Assembly: GCA_963727525.1 (NCBI GenBank) | Contig: CAVSGO010000002.1 | Location: 32,001 to 96,000, forward strand | DNA from: an uncultured bacterium | Lineage (GTDB): Bacteria > Krumholzibacteriota > Krumholzibacteriia > LZORAL124-64-63 | Direction of reading: 5' to 3' | DNA length: 64,000 nucleotides | Part shown: positions 48,666 to 57,764 of the stretch, one piece after another | Layout: every line of letters begins with the position of its first letter | How positions within the stretch are numbered: the first letter of the stretch is position 1 | Position numbers and translations under genes: made by a program | Notes under the pieces: generated by a model | Told to the model about the DNA's origin: nothing | The model's input: the letters and a program-made list of their open reading frames with translations, nothing else | Database searches by the model: none

Positions 48666-50527
48666 CGTCCATCCTTCGCGAGCAGGGTCTCGATCTCCGT
48701 CACCAGGTCGCCGTAGAGCGCGAACAGATCGCGGAACGGCGCCGCGCCGGTCATGTCCACGCCACCGCGCTGCAACGTCTCCACCGGATAGCGGCTGTTG
48801 CCCGAGCGCAGCACGTCGAGGTAGCGTTCGCGCGCCGGCTCGCCGTCGCGCAGGATCGCGCGAGAGAAGGCCACGGCCGCGGCATAGGCCGTGGCGTACT
48901 GGTAGACGTAGAAGTCGTAATAGAAGTGGGGGATGCGCGTCCAGGTCAAGGCGCTCAGCCGGGAATCGAGCGCCGCGCCGGGGCCCCAGTAGTCCTTCGC
49001 AAGCCCCAGGTAGATCTCGTCCAGCGTGTCGGCCGTGAGGGTTTGCCTCTGCTCGCCGAGCTGGTGCACGCGAAGCTCGAACTCCGCGAACATCGTCTGG
49101 CGGACCACGGTGTTGGTGATCTGGGCCAGGTGATAGTCGAGGAGATAGAGGCGACGGCCACGGTCGCCCGCGTCGTGCAGCAGGTGGTGCAACAACAGCA
49201 GCTCGTTGCAGGTCGACGCCACCTCGGCCGTGAAGATGGGGTAGTCGCCGTACACGTAGGGCTGGTGATGCGCAGCGAGCCACGAGTGCACGCTGTGACC
49301 CATCTCGTGGGCAAGCGTGAACGTGTCGCCGAGCTGCTCGCTCCAGTTCAGGAGGATGAAAGGCTGCGTGTCGTACACGCCGCTCGAGTAGGCGCCGCTG
49401 CGCTTGCCCAGGTTCTCGTGCACGTCGATCCAGCCCTCGCGATAGCCGGACTGCACGATGTCGAGGTACTGCGGGCCCAGAGGCGCGAAGGCGCCCAGCA
49501 GCAGATCCTGCGCCTGCTCGTAGGTGAACTTGAACTCGGCCTCGAGAAAGAGGGGGACGTAGAGATCGTACTCCTGCAGACTGTCAAATCCCAGCACGCG
49601 CCGCTTGAGCGCCGTGTAGCGGTGGATGGTCGGAAGCTGCGCCCGCACCTCGCGCACGAGCGTGTGGTACACGTCTTCCGGCACCGCGTTGGGAAAGAGT
49701 GCCGTCTGCAGGCAGGAATCGTAGCCGCGGGCCTCCGCGTAGAAGACGTGGTTGCGCACGTTCGCATCGAGGTTGGCCGCCATCGTGTTGCGCACCTTGC
49801 CATAGGTGCCGAGCGTGGCCTCGAAGACGCGGCGACGCACATCGCGATCGCGCGACTTCAGGTAGCGCGAGAATCGCGCGTGGGTCAGTTCCACGGGCTG
49901 GCCGTTCTCGTCCTCGATCGTGGGTAGACGCAGATCGGCGTTGTTCAGGGCGCCGTACACCACGCCGGCCGCCCGCGTCACGCTGCCCGCCGCGGCGAGC
50001 AACGCCTCCCGCGGCTCGTCGAGCGTATGTTCGCGCAGGCGCTGCACATCCTCGAGGAAGTGGGTGTACCGACGCAGTTCCTCGTTCTCGGCGAGAAAGG
50101 CGGCGATCGTCTCCGGTGACATCGCCAGAAGCTCGGGTTCGAACCAGGCCACGGCCTCGGCATACACCGTCGACAGGCTCGAGGCCCGGCCCCTGCGCGC
50201 CAGGTGGTCACCGATCCGCGTGTCCTCGTCGCTCTTCATGCTCGCGTAGACGACCACCTGCTCGAGCTTGCGCTGCACCCCGTGCATCGCCTCGATGGTC
50301 GCCAGCAGGTCGTCCGCAGACCGGGCGAGTGTTCCCTGTCGGGCGCGCAGCCCCGGCAACCCGTCCGACACCTCGTCGAACATCCGCTGCCACTGCGTCC
50401 AGTCGGCAACGATGCTCTCGAGGCGCCACTTGTACGTGGCGGCGACGGTCGACCGTTCCACGGCCTGCCCCGGCGAGGCCGGCGTGGCGTCATGGGTGAT
50501 GGTCACGAGTTCAGACACTCGGCGCAT
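48662..50527 (-). CDS. pepF: oligoendopeptidase F (M3B)
   Basis: WIDVHEN.GKRSGAYS, TLAHEMGHSVH, FTAEVAST, RQTMFAEFE and IPHFYYDFYVYQYAT. Confidence 0.93.
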   Translation of the reverse strand: MRRVSELVTITHDATPASPGQAVERSTVAATYKWRLESIVADWTQWQRMFDEVSDGLPGLRARQGTLARSADDLLATIEAMHGVQRKLEQVVVYASMKSDEDTRIGDHLARRGRASSLSTVYAEAVAWFEPELLAMSPETIAAFLAENEELRRYTHFLEDVQRLREHTLDEPREALLAAAGSVTRAAGVVYGALNNADLRLPTIEDENGQPVELTHARFSRYLKSRDRDVRRRVFEATLGTYGKVRNTMAANLDANVRNHVFYAEARGYDSCLQTALFPNAVPEDVYHTLVREVRAQLPTIHRYTALKRRVLGFDSLQEYDLYVPLFLEAEFKFTYEQAQDLLLGAFAPLGPQYLDIVQSGYREGWIDVHENLGKRSGAYSSGVYDTQPFILLNWSEQLGDTFTLAHEMGHSVHSWLAAHHQPYVYGDYPIFTAEVASTCNELLLLHHLLHDAGDRGRRLYLLDYHLAQITNTVVRQTMFAEFELRVHQLGEQRQTLTADTLDEIYLGLAKDYWGPGAALDSRLSALTWTRIPHFYYDFYVYQYATAYAAAVAFSRAILRDGEPARERYLDVLRSGNSRYPVETLQRGGVDMTGAAPFRDLFALYGDLVTEIETLLAKDGR

Positions 50528-50600
50528 GGACGCACTCCCTCTGTTTCCGTGCTCACAGACGGGCACATGTAAGCGCCGGTGGGACCGTGGCGCCACGAGA

Positions 50601-51260
50601 TCAGCGGTTGCGTAGCTCGGCCAGCCGGGCCCTCACCGCGGCGACGAGCGACGCCGCCATTTCCGGCAGCGCGATCCGAGCCTGGGCCCCGCCCATCTCC
50701 CACGCCATCCGCGGCATGCCGTACACGGCACTGGTGGCCTCGTCCTGAGCGAAGGTGCTCGCCCCCGATTCGCACATGGCCAGCAGACCGGCCGCGCCAT
50801 CGCGTCCCATGCCCGTGAGGACCGCGCCCACGGCGGCCGGACCGGCCACCCGAGCCACGGACTCGAAGAGGACATCCACGGCGGGGCAGTGCCCACCGAC
50901 CAGCTCCGTCTCGCCGATCGCGACCTGGTAGGCGAGGGCCGTGCGCACCAGGCGCATCTGGAATCCGCCCGGTGCCACGAGCACGCGCCCGGGACGCACG
51001 GTATCCCCGTCGGCGGCCTCCAGCACCTCCATCTGCGAATGGCGATCGAGGCTCTCGGCGAACATGGCCGTGAAGCCAGGCGGCATGTGCTGCACGATGA
51101 CGACGCCGGCCATGTTGGCCGGTAGGCGCACGATCACCTCGCGCAGCGCTTCCGTCCCGCCGGCCGAGGCGCCCAGCGCCACCACGATGCGCGCGAGCGG
51201 ATGGGTGACACCGAGGCGCGCGGTGACGCCCCGCGTGGTGGACCGCGGAGTCGGAGTCAT
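50601..51260 (-). CDS. cheB: stand-alone CheB methylesterase (no receiver domain)
   Basis: GASAGG, VQHMPPGFT, APGG, P.VDVLF, LTGMGRDGA, AQDEATS.VYGMP. Confidence 0.88.
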   Translation of the reverse strand: MTPTPRSTTRGVTARLGVTHPLARIVVALGASAGGTEALREVIVRLPANMAGVVIVQHMPPGFTAMFAESLDRHSQMEVLEAADGDTVRPGRVLVAPGGFQMRLVRTALAYQVAIGETELVGGHCPAVDVLFESVARVAGPAAVGAVLTGMGRDGAAGLLAMCESGASTFAQDEATSAVYGMPRMAWEMGGAQARIALPEMAASLVAAVRARLAELRNR

Positions 51261-52117
51261 CGCCCCATACGTCGGTACGCCGCTGGCATGACGTACTCGT
51301 ACTCCGTGCTGTCGCGACCGATCGTCTCGGAGTGGCCGATGAAGAGATAGCCGCCGTCGACGGTGTGACGGTGGAACTTGGCGATCAGGGCGTCTCTCGT
51401 GGGACGGTCGAAGTATATCATCACGTTGCGACAGAAGATGGCGTCGAACGGCTTCTTGAACGGGAAGGTCGCATCCATCAGGTTGTGCCGGCGATAGACC
51501 ACGCGGCTACGTACGCCGTCGACCACGGCCCACTGTCCGGCCCCTTCGCGACGGAAGTACTTGTTGCGCAGCGCCGGCGGCATCTGCGCCACGCGGTCGT
51601 CGGGATACGCACCCGCCATCGCCGTGGTCAGTGCCCGGGAACTGATGTCCGTCGCCAGCACGACGGCCTTCGTGCGATCGAACGCCGCGCCGAAGTGCTC
51701 GCGCATGAGCATCACCAGCGTGTACGGCTCCTCCCCCGACGAACACCCCGCGCACCAGATGCGCGGACTCGTGGTGCCGCGTTCATGGCGCTTCTCGATC
51801 TCCGGCAACACGGTGTTGCTGAAGTAGTCGAAGTGGGCGTGCTCGCGGTAGAAGAAGGTGTGGTTCGTCGAGATCCGGGTCGACAGTTCCTCGAGCCCCT
51901 CACCGGTACGGTCGGCGGCCAGCCAGTCGATGTATTCGCGGTAGTTGCCGAAACCGCGGGCACGCAGCACCTTCTGCAGCCGCCCCACCACGAGCGACCG
52001 TTTCTGGTCGGTGAGGTTGATGCCGAAGTGATCGTAGACGAGCTTCCGGATCTCCGTGAACTCACGGTCCGACAGCTCGGAAGATGTGCTTGCGGGTGCG
52101 GTGAAAGCCGTGGCCAC
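51257..52117 (-). CDS. cheR: chemotaxis protein-glutamate O-methyltransferase
   Basis: STNHTFFYRE, RIWCAGCSSGEEPYT, ATDIS, IFCRNVMIYFD and GHSE. Confidence 0.95.
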   Translation of the reverse strand: MATAFTAPASTSSELSDREFTEIRKLVYDHFGINLTDQKRSLVVGRLQKVLRARGFGNYREYIDWLAADRTGEGLEELSTRISTNHTFFYREHAHFDYFSNTVLPEIEKRHERGTTSPRIWCAGCSSGEEPYTLVMLMREHFGAAFDRTKAVVLATDISSRALTTAMAGAYPDDRVAQMPPALRNKYFRREGAGQWAVVDGVRSRVVYRRHNLMDATFPFKKPFDAIFCRNVMIYFDRPTRDALIAKFHRHTVDGGYLFIGHSETIGRDSTEYEYVMPAAYRRMGR

Positions 52118-52144
52118 GGGCGCCTCCTAGCACGCCGGATCGCG

Positions 52145-52552
52145 TCAGGCGTCCAGCGTCAGATTCAGGCCGATTTCTTGCAGTGTATCGAGGAACTTGC
52201 GCTTCTCGATCGGCTTGACGACATAGCCATCGCAGGCGTTGCTGAACGCCGACATCACGTTCTCGTGGTCCTCGAGCGCCGTGGTCATGATGATGTGGAC
52301 CACCCGGTCGGTCGGCACGTCGTGTTCCTTCTCGATCTCGCGGATCCGCTTCAGCGTCTCCTGGCCATCCATGCCGGGCATCATGATGTCGAGGCAGATC
52401 AGATCGTAGTGCCCGCCGGCCAGCAGCAGTTGCTTGAAGGCTGCCACGGCCTCGTTACCGTTCACGGCGACGTCGCACTCGCCATGGGACTCGAGATACC
52501 GGCAGAGCAACCGCCGGCTGATGAAATCATCCTCGACAACCAGGATACGCAT
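52145..52552 (-). CDS. single-domain response regulator
   Basis: ILVVEDD, CLDIMMPGMDG, MTTA and VKP. Confidence 0.9.
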   Translation of the reverse strand: MRILVVEDDFISRRLLCRYLESHGECDVAVNGNEAVAAFKQLLLAGGHYDLICLDIMMPGMDGQETLKRIREIEKEHDVPTDRVVHIIMTTALEDHENVMSAFSNACDGYVVKPIEKRKFLDTLQEIGLNLTLDA

Positions 52553-52791
52553 CAGTCGATACCTCGTCGTATTGCACCCCGATCACGGCCCGGCTGAACT
52601 GCCGGCGCCGCGAATCCAGATCTACATCAGGAATCGGCCGGAACCGCCGCGACTTTACGCTATTGAACGGCGTCTGGCAGCGTGAATGCCAGGCGCCGTC
52701 CCCGGGTATCGACAAACGACCGGCTTCCTTGCTCACACGGTTCCTTCGTTTACCATTGGCGTGAGCCGGCAGGAGAGAAAGGCAAGAGACC

Positions 52792-53640
52792 ATGGGCGTG
52801 CTCGGAGCCATCGTTGGGGGCAGCATCGGATTCATGATGGGCGGGCCACTGGGCGCCATCATCCTCGGGGCACTCGGGGCAGAGTTCGGCGATCGCGTGC
52901 AGCATTTCGAGTCGCCGATGGGCGGCCGGACCGGTCGCGGAAGCTCCTATCGCACATATTCCCAGGGATTTGCCTACCAACGCCGCGCGCGAACCGGCGA
53001 CCGTCCAGGCCTGGGCACACCGCCGTACGCCGCAGCCGAGGCCCAGCAGATATACCTGGTGGCCCTCATCAGCCTGGCCGCCAAGGTCGCCAAGGCCGAC
53101 GGCAGGGTCACCGAGGACGAGATCCGGTCCTTCGACCACTTCCTGCGCGACCAGCTCGGCATGTCCCAGGCCGAACGCCGCGTGGCCGCCCGCATCTTCA
53201 ACCAGGCCCGCGATTCCTCCACCAGCGCGGAGGACTTCGCCCACCAGATCGGCGCCGTACTCGGCCACGACCCCGACCGCCTGCGCGACCTCGTGGCCCT
53301 GCTCCTGAAGATCGCCATGGCCGACGGCCGTCTCTCGGCCGAGGAGGAACGCCTCATCCGATCCGTGACGCTCGCCATGGGCCTCACAGGTCACGATTTC
53401 GAGTCGTCCCTGGCGATGTTCCGCACCGGCTCCCTCGACTCCGCCTACCGCGCCCTCGGCCTCGAACCCGGCGCCGACGAGGACACGATCAAGCGGGCCT
53501 ACCGGCGCCTGGCCAAGGAATATCACCCCGACACCCAGGCCGCGAAGGGCGTGAGCGAGGAACTGCGCGGTTTCGCCCGCGAGAAGATGGTCGCCATCAA
53601 CGACGCCTACCACCGCGTCCGCGAGGCCAGGGGGTTCTGA
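52792..53640 (+). CDS. djlA: DjlA-like co-chaperone (TerB-like + DnaJ domain)
   Basis: N-terminal Gly-rich TM, AKADGRV, ADG.LS.EE, and a J-domain with KRAYRRLAKEYHPD. Confidence 0.8.
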   Translation: MGVLGAIVGGSIGFMMGGPLGAIILGALGAEFGDRVQHFESPMGGRTGRGSSYRTYSQGFAYQRRARTGDRPGLGTPPYAAAEAQQIYLVALISLAAKVAKADGRVTEDEIRSFDHFLRDQLGMSQAERRVAARIFNQARDSSTSAEDFAHQIGAVLGHDPDRLRDLVALLLKIAMADGRLSAEEERLIRSVTLAMGLTGHDFESSLAMFRTGSLDSAYRALGLEPGADEDTIKRAYRRLAKEYHPDTQAAKGVSEELRGFAREKMVAINDAYHRVREARGF

Positions 53641-53642
53641 CG

Positions 53643-54464
53643 TTGCCCGAATTGCCCGAGGTCGAAAGCGTCGCCCGGGCCCTGCGCAGCAGCCTCGTGG
53701 GGCGCCGTTGCACGTCCATGCGCGTGCGTTTCGGCGGCGTCCTCGCGCCTTCGTCGCGCGCCGTCCGCCGTGCCATGGTCGGCGCCGTGCTCACCCGCGT
53801 GACCCGCCACGGCAAGTACCTCATTTTCACCTTCAGCCGTGGCGACGAGCACGCCTACGTCATGCTCCACCTGCGCATGACCGGCCAGGTCTTCGTCCTC
53901 GACGGCTACCGCCCCGACACCCACGTCCACCTCACCTTCCAGTTCGACGATCTGCCGGTACACTACCGCGACATCCGCAAGTTCGGCCGCTGGACGGTGG
54001 TCGATGACCCTGTCCGTCCGTCCTGCCTGGCGCATATCGGACCCGACATGCTCGTGGTGCGATTCCCGGCCTGGTACGCCGCGGTCCGCGGTCGGCGGGC
54101 GCCTATCAAGGCCGTGCTGCTGGACCAGGGCGTGGCCGCCGGCCTGGGCAATATCTACGCCGATGAGGCGCTGTTCCGCGCCGGGATCCACCCCCTGGCA
54201 ATCCCGGCCGACCTCTCGCCGGCGGCGCTGCGGCGAGTTTTCGATGCGGCCCGCGCCGTGCTGCGCCTGGCCATCCGCCACGGCGGCACCACGTTCCTCA
54301 ACTTCACCGACTTCCACGGCGCGCCCGGCAACTTCCGCCGTAAGCTGCGGGTCTACGGGCGCACCGGCGAGCCCTGCCGGCGCTGCGGGACCCGGATCTC
54401 GCGGCTCGTGGTGGGCGGGCGATCCTCGCATTTCTGCCAGGAGTGTCAGAGTCTGGCAGGCTGA
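53643..54464 (+). CDS. mutM: formamidopyrimidine-DNA glycosylase
   Basis: TTG start then PELPEVE, GKYL, HLRMTG, D.RKFG, GLGNIYADE, and Zn finger CRRC...FCQECQ. Confidence 0.95.
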   Translation: MPELPEVESVARALRSSLVGRRCTSMRVRFGGVLAPSSRAVRRAMVGAVLTRVTRHGKYLIFTFSRGDEHAYVMLHLRMTGQVFVLDGYRPDTHVHLTFQFDDLPVHYRDIRKFGRWTVVDDPVRPSCLAHIGPDMLVVRFPAWYAAVRGRRAPIKAVLLDQGVAAGLGNIYADEALFRAGIHPLAIPADLSPAALRRVFDAARAVLRLAIRHGGTTFLNFTDFHGAPGNFRRKLRVYGRTGEPCRRCGTRISRLVVGGRSSHFCQECQSLAG

Positions 54465-54483
54465 GGCCTGGGTGCGGCGAAAG

Positions 54484-54517
54484 CTGTGTGGTATACGATA
54501 TATCGTATGCCATACAG
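54484..54517. repeat. 34-nt near-perfect inverted repeat
   Basis: CTGTGTGGTATACGATA|TATCGTATGCCATACAG. Both mismatches are G-T. Confidence 0.85.
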
Positions 54518-54521
54518 GCAA

Positions 54522-54537
54522 GTCCAGCCGGCTGGAC
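54522..54537. repeat. 16-bp palindrome GTCCAGCCGGCTGGAC, copy 1
   Basis: Perfect palindrome. An identical copy lies at 55475-55490. Confidence 0.9.
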
Positions 54538-54659
54538 CATGGAAGATACTGCCACGAAAAATAGATAGATTTTTTCCCCGCCAACCCTTGCGCCCCACCA
54601 AATATTCGCTATATTTTCGCCAAACCTCCCGACCATCCTCCCGGAAAGGTCGGTCCAAC

Positions 54660-55952
54660 ATGACACCGGATCTCCCCGACTACCGCCCAGGGCTCGCCGC
54701 GGCCGCAGTCGACCGCGGTCTGCGCCAGTCCCTCGTCGCCTGCGACCACGCCCAGGCCGCCGTCGTCCTCTGGCTTGCCGAGGTCGTCACCCGCGGCCTG
54801 CACCGCAAGCTCGGCCACCCCAGCCCGCTGCAGTACGCCACGGAAGGTCTCGGCATGTCCCGCAGTCGCGCCTACGACCTGCTTCAACTCGCCCGCGACC
54901 TCGACCGGTTGCCGCGCCTGCGCGATGCCATTGCCACCCGCCGCGTCGGCTGGACGAAGGCGCGCCTGGTGGCCCGCGTCGCCACCGCCGCCACCGAGGC
55001 CCGCTGGGTCGAGGCCGCCCAGACCCTCGGCCGTCGCGACCTCGCTGGCCGCGTCGCCAGCGAGTTCGAACGCGCCCGCACCCAGCGCGAGGCGCGGCGC
55101 CGGACGCGTGCCGCCACGGTGGCCGGTCAGTCGGCCCTCGTCATGCCGATGGCGCCGATCCCCTTACGCGTGCGCACGCTCGAGCCCGCCCGTCCCGCCG
55201 GCGGGCCGCCAGTGCCGGCCACTGCCTCGCCCCCGTCGGCCGCGACGCGCGCGGCGTCGCCCCCACCAGGGCTACCTGTCGCCGTACCACTCGCGGAACC
55301 CATCCTCGGCGCGGCGCCACCGGTCACGGTCACCCATCGGTTCACCGCGATCGAGCACGCCCGGTACGAGGCACTCTCCGAGCAGGTGCGCCGGCGCCGC
55401 TGCGTGCCGGCCTGCGCCTCGCGCGAGCAGCTCCTGCTGTCGGCGCTATCGGCCCTCGCCTCCACGGCGGGAGCGTCCAGCCGGCTGGACGCCGCAATCC
55501 ACTATCAGATAATCATTTACCGATGCACCACCTGTGCCGCGGCGGAGGTCGTCAGCCGCAGCGGACGGCGGGAATTGACGTCCGCCGAATTCGGAGCCGT
55601 CCAGTGCGACGCCCGCGTGCTCGAAGCAGGTCAACCCAACCGCGCCACCATCCCGCCCTCCACCCGCGCGGCCGTCCTCGCGCGCGACGGTCACCGCTGC
55701 CAGGGCCCCGGCTGCACGGAGACCCGGTTCCTCGAGGTGCACCACGTCACGCCGCGCAGCGCCGGCGGCTCGAACGCAGCGACCAACCTGCTCACACTCT
55801 GCGGGCGTTGCCATCGCTTCGTCCATGAGCGGCCGGAACTGGCCCTGCAGTGGTCGGTCGTGGCCGCCCGGAAGCACGAGGCCGGCCCGCACGAGGCGGA
55901 CCGGCCAGTGTCGACGCCGGCGAAGGAGGTTACCGGGCCGCCAGCCCCATGA
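54660..55952 (+). CDS. HNH endonuclease with a DUF222-like N-terminus
   Basis: RDGHRCQGPGC...LEVHHV...GGSN...NLLTLCGRCHRFVH, an additional CTTC, and N-terminal LPRLRDAI....VGWTKAR. Confidence 0.88.
   Translation: MTPDLPDYRPGLAAAAVDRGLRQSLVACDHAQAAVVLWLAEVVTRGLHRKLGHPSPLQYATEGLGMSRSRAYDLLQLARDLDRLPRLRDAIATRRVGWTKARLVARVATAATEARWVEAAQTLGRRDLAGRVASEFERARTQREARRRTRAATVAGQSALVMPMAPIPLRVRTLEPARPAGGPPVPATASPPSAATRAASPPPGLPVAVPLAEPILGAAPPVTVTHRFTAIEHARYEALSEQVRRRRCVPACASREQLLLSALSALASTAGASSRLDAAIHYQIIIYRCTTCAAAEVVSRSGRRELTSAEFGAVQCDARVLEAGQPNRATIPPSTRAAVLARDGHRCQGPGCTETRFLEVHHVTPRSAGGSNAATNLLTLCGRCHRFVHERPELALQWSVVAARKHEAGPHEADRPVSTPAKEVTGPPAP
55473..55492. repeat. 20-bp palindrome GCGTCCAGCCGGCTGGACGC, copy 2, inside the HNH gene
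   Basis: Contains the same 16-mer as 54522-54537. Confidence 0.9.
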
Positions 55953-57677
55953 ACCGACGCACGTACTTGGGCGGCGGCGAGCCATAGCTCAGCATCTGGT
56001 CGTGGAAAGCCTCCATCGTGAAGGAGTCGCCGGCCTTCGCCTGGAAGTCGGTGCGGATGCCGTTGATCTCGAGGTTGCCCACGTAGTAGGTGGAGAGCTG
56101 GGTGCTGGTCAGGCAAGCGCGACGCCACTTACCGGCGGCCTCGCCCTCCTCCTGGAAGCCCTGGTCCAACATCATGGCCATGGCCTGGTCCTCGGTCATG
56201 CCCTGCGTGTGGATCTTCTGGTCGATGATCGCGTTGATGATCATCCGCAGCCGCATCTTGAGCTGCTGGAGGTGGAACTCGGGACCGTCCCAGCCGGTCT
56301 CCGCCATGAGCTGCTCCGCGTACGTGGCCCAACCCTCGACGAACGTGCCGCTGCTGAAGATCGCGCGGACCGGCGTGTCGCCGTGGAACTGGTTGCTATG
56401 CGAGATCTGCAGGTAGTGCCCGGGCATCGCCTCGTGCACCGTGAGGTCCTGCAGCATGTAGTCGTTGTACTCCTTGTAGAACGACTCCTTGCGCTCGGGC
56501 GACCAGTCGGCCGGCGTGGGCGCGATGGCGATAGAAGCACTTGAGCTGAGGCTCCAGAGGACCCGGCGAATCGCAGTACGCGATGTAGAGCCCCCGCTGG
56601 TGCTCGGGCATGACGATCAGCTCCACCGGTTCGTCAGGCACGGTCACGAACTGCCTGTCGCGCACGAACTGGGTGATCCGCCGCAGATCGTCGCGCGCCT
56701 CGTCGACGATCGTCGCGTCGGTGGGCCGATCGTCCGCGAGGCTGCGCATCACGGCCGCGATCACGTCGTGATGCGAGAGCGTCGATGGATCCGGCGCGCT
56801 CGGTCAGCCGCGTGCGGTAGAGCGGCAACGCCAGGTCGTACATCGTGCTGGTGGTAGCCTTCAGATCCTCCTGCGCGCGCGCCAGGATGTCCTCGGGCGC
56901 CAGATCGCTGGCGAGCGAGAATCGCAGCTTCTTGCGCCACTTCTCGGTACCGAGCCGGAAGTCGCCATCCGAGCGCGGCAACAGCTCATCCTCGAGCCAG
57001 TGGCCGTACGCCGAGAGCGCGGCGATCGCCTCGGCACGCGGCTTCGCGAGCATCGCCTGCGAGCCGGGCGCCTTGTCGATGGACGCCTGCAACCCATCGA
57101 GGATGAGGCTGATCGAACCCTGGTTCTGGGTGATCGCCGTCTCGGTGAACATGCGGGGCGGGTGCAGGAGGTTCACGCGTGCCGTGTCCAGGAGCTTGGG
57201 GATCGCCTCGAGCCGCACCTTCACGCTCGCCAGTCGGTCCGGCAGCGGTGCGAACTCCCGCTGCAGCAGGCTGTAGATCGCGTCACCGGGATTGTAGAGC
57301 AGTGGATTCCAGGTGGCCTCGCGCAGCTCCTCGCCCTGGAAGATCTGCGAGGCGATCGCGTCGAGCAGGATCTCGCGATCGGCCTGATTCGCATCGCTGA
57401 GCTTGTTCACCTTCAGCGCCTGCAGGCTGTCCTGGTAGGCGTGGTTGAGCGCGACCCAGGCTTGACGACTCTCGGCCGACATGTCCGGCAACTCGCCGTC
57501 GTGCTCATGGTTGCCGAGCTGCGTGGCCCACACCGGATCGTGGGCATAGACGCCTTGCAGGTAGCGATCGGCGAGACCGGTGAACTGTTCGTCGGCGCTG
57601 GGCCCGCGCGAGCAGCCCGCAACCATCATGACCACCAGACCGAGACAGAGCCCGGCCGAACGCAAGTACGTGCGCAT
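55930..57677 (-). pseudogene. DUF885 family lipoprotein (metallopeptidase-like) with two frameshifts
   Basis: Three ORF pieces in successive frames: VAGC lipobox...AT.LG.H; AYCDSPGPLE; HEAMPGHYLQ, FVEGWATYAE, QLSTYYVG. Shifts near 56805 and at 56530. Confidence 0.85.
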
Positions 57678-57764
57678 GGGTGAGACCTTCCTCGTGAACG
57701 GACGGCAAGAGCTTTCATGCCGCCACCCTAGCCGACGGGCCCCACCCTGGCAACGCCCCAGGCG

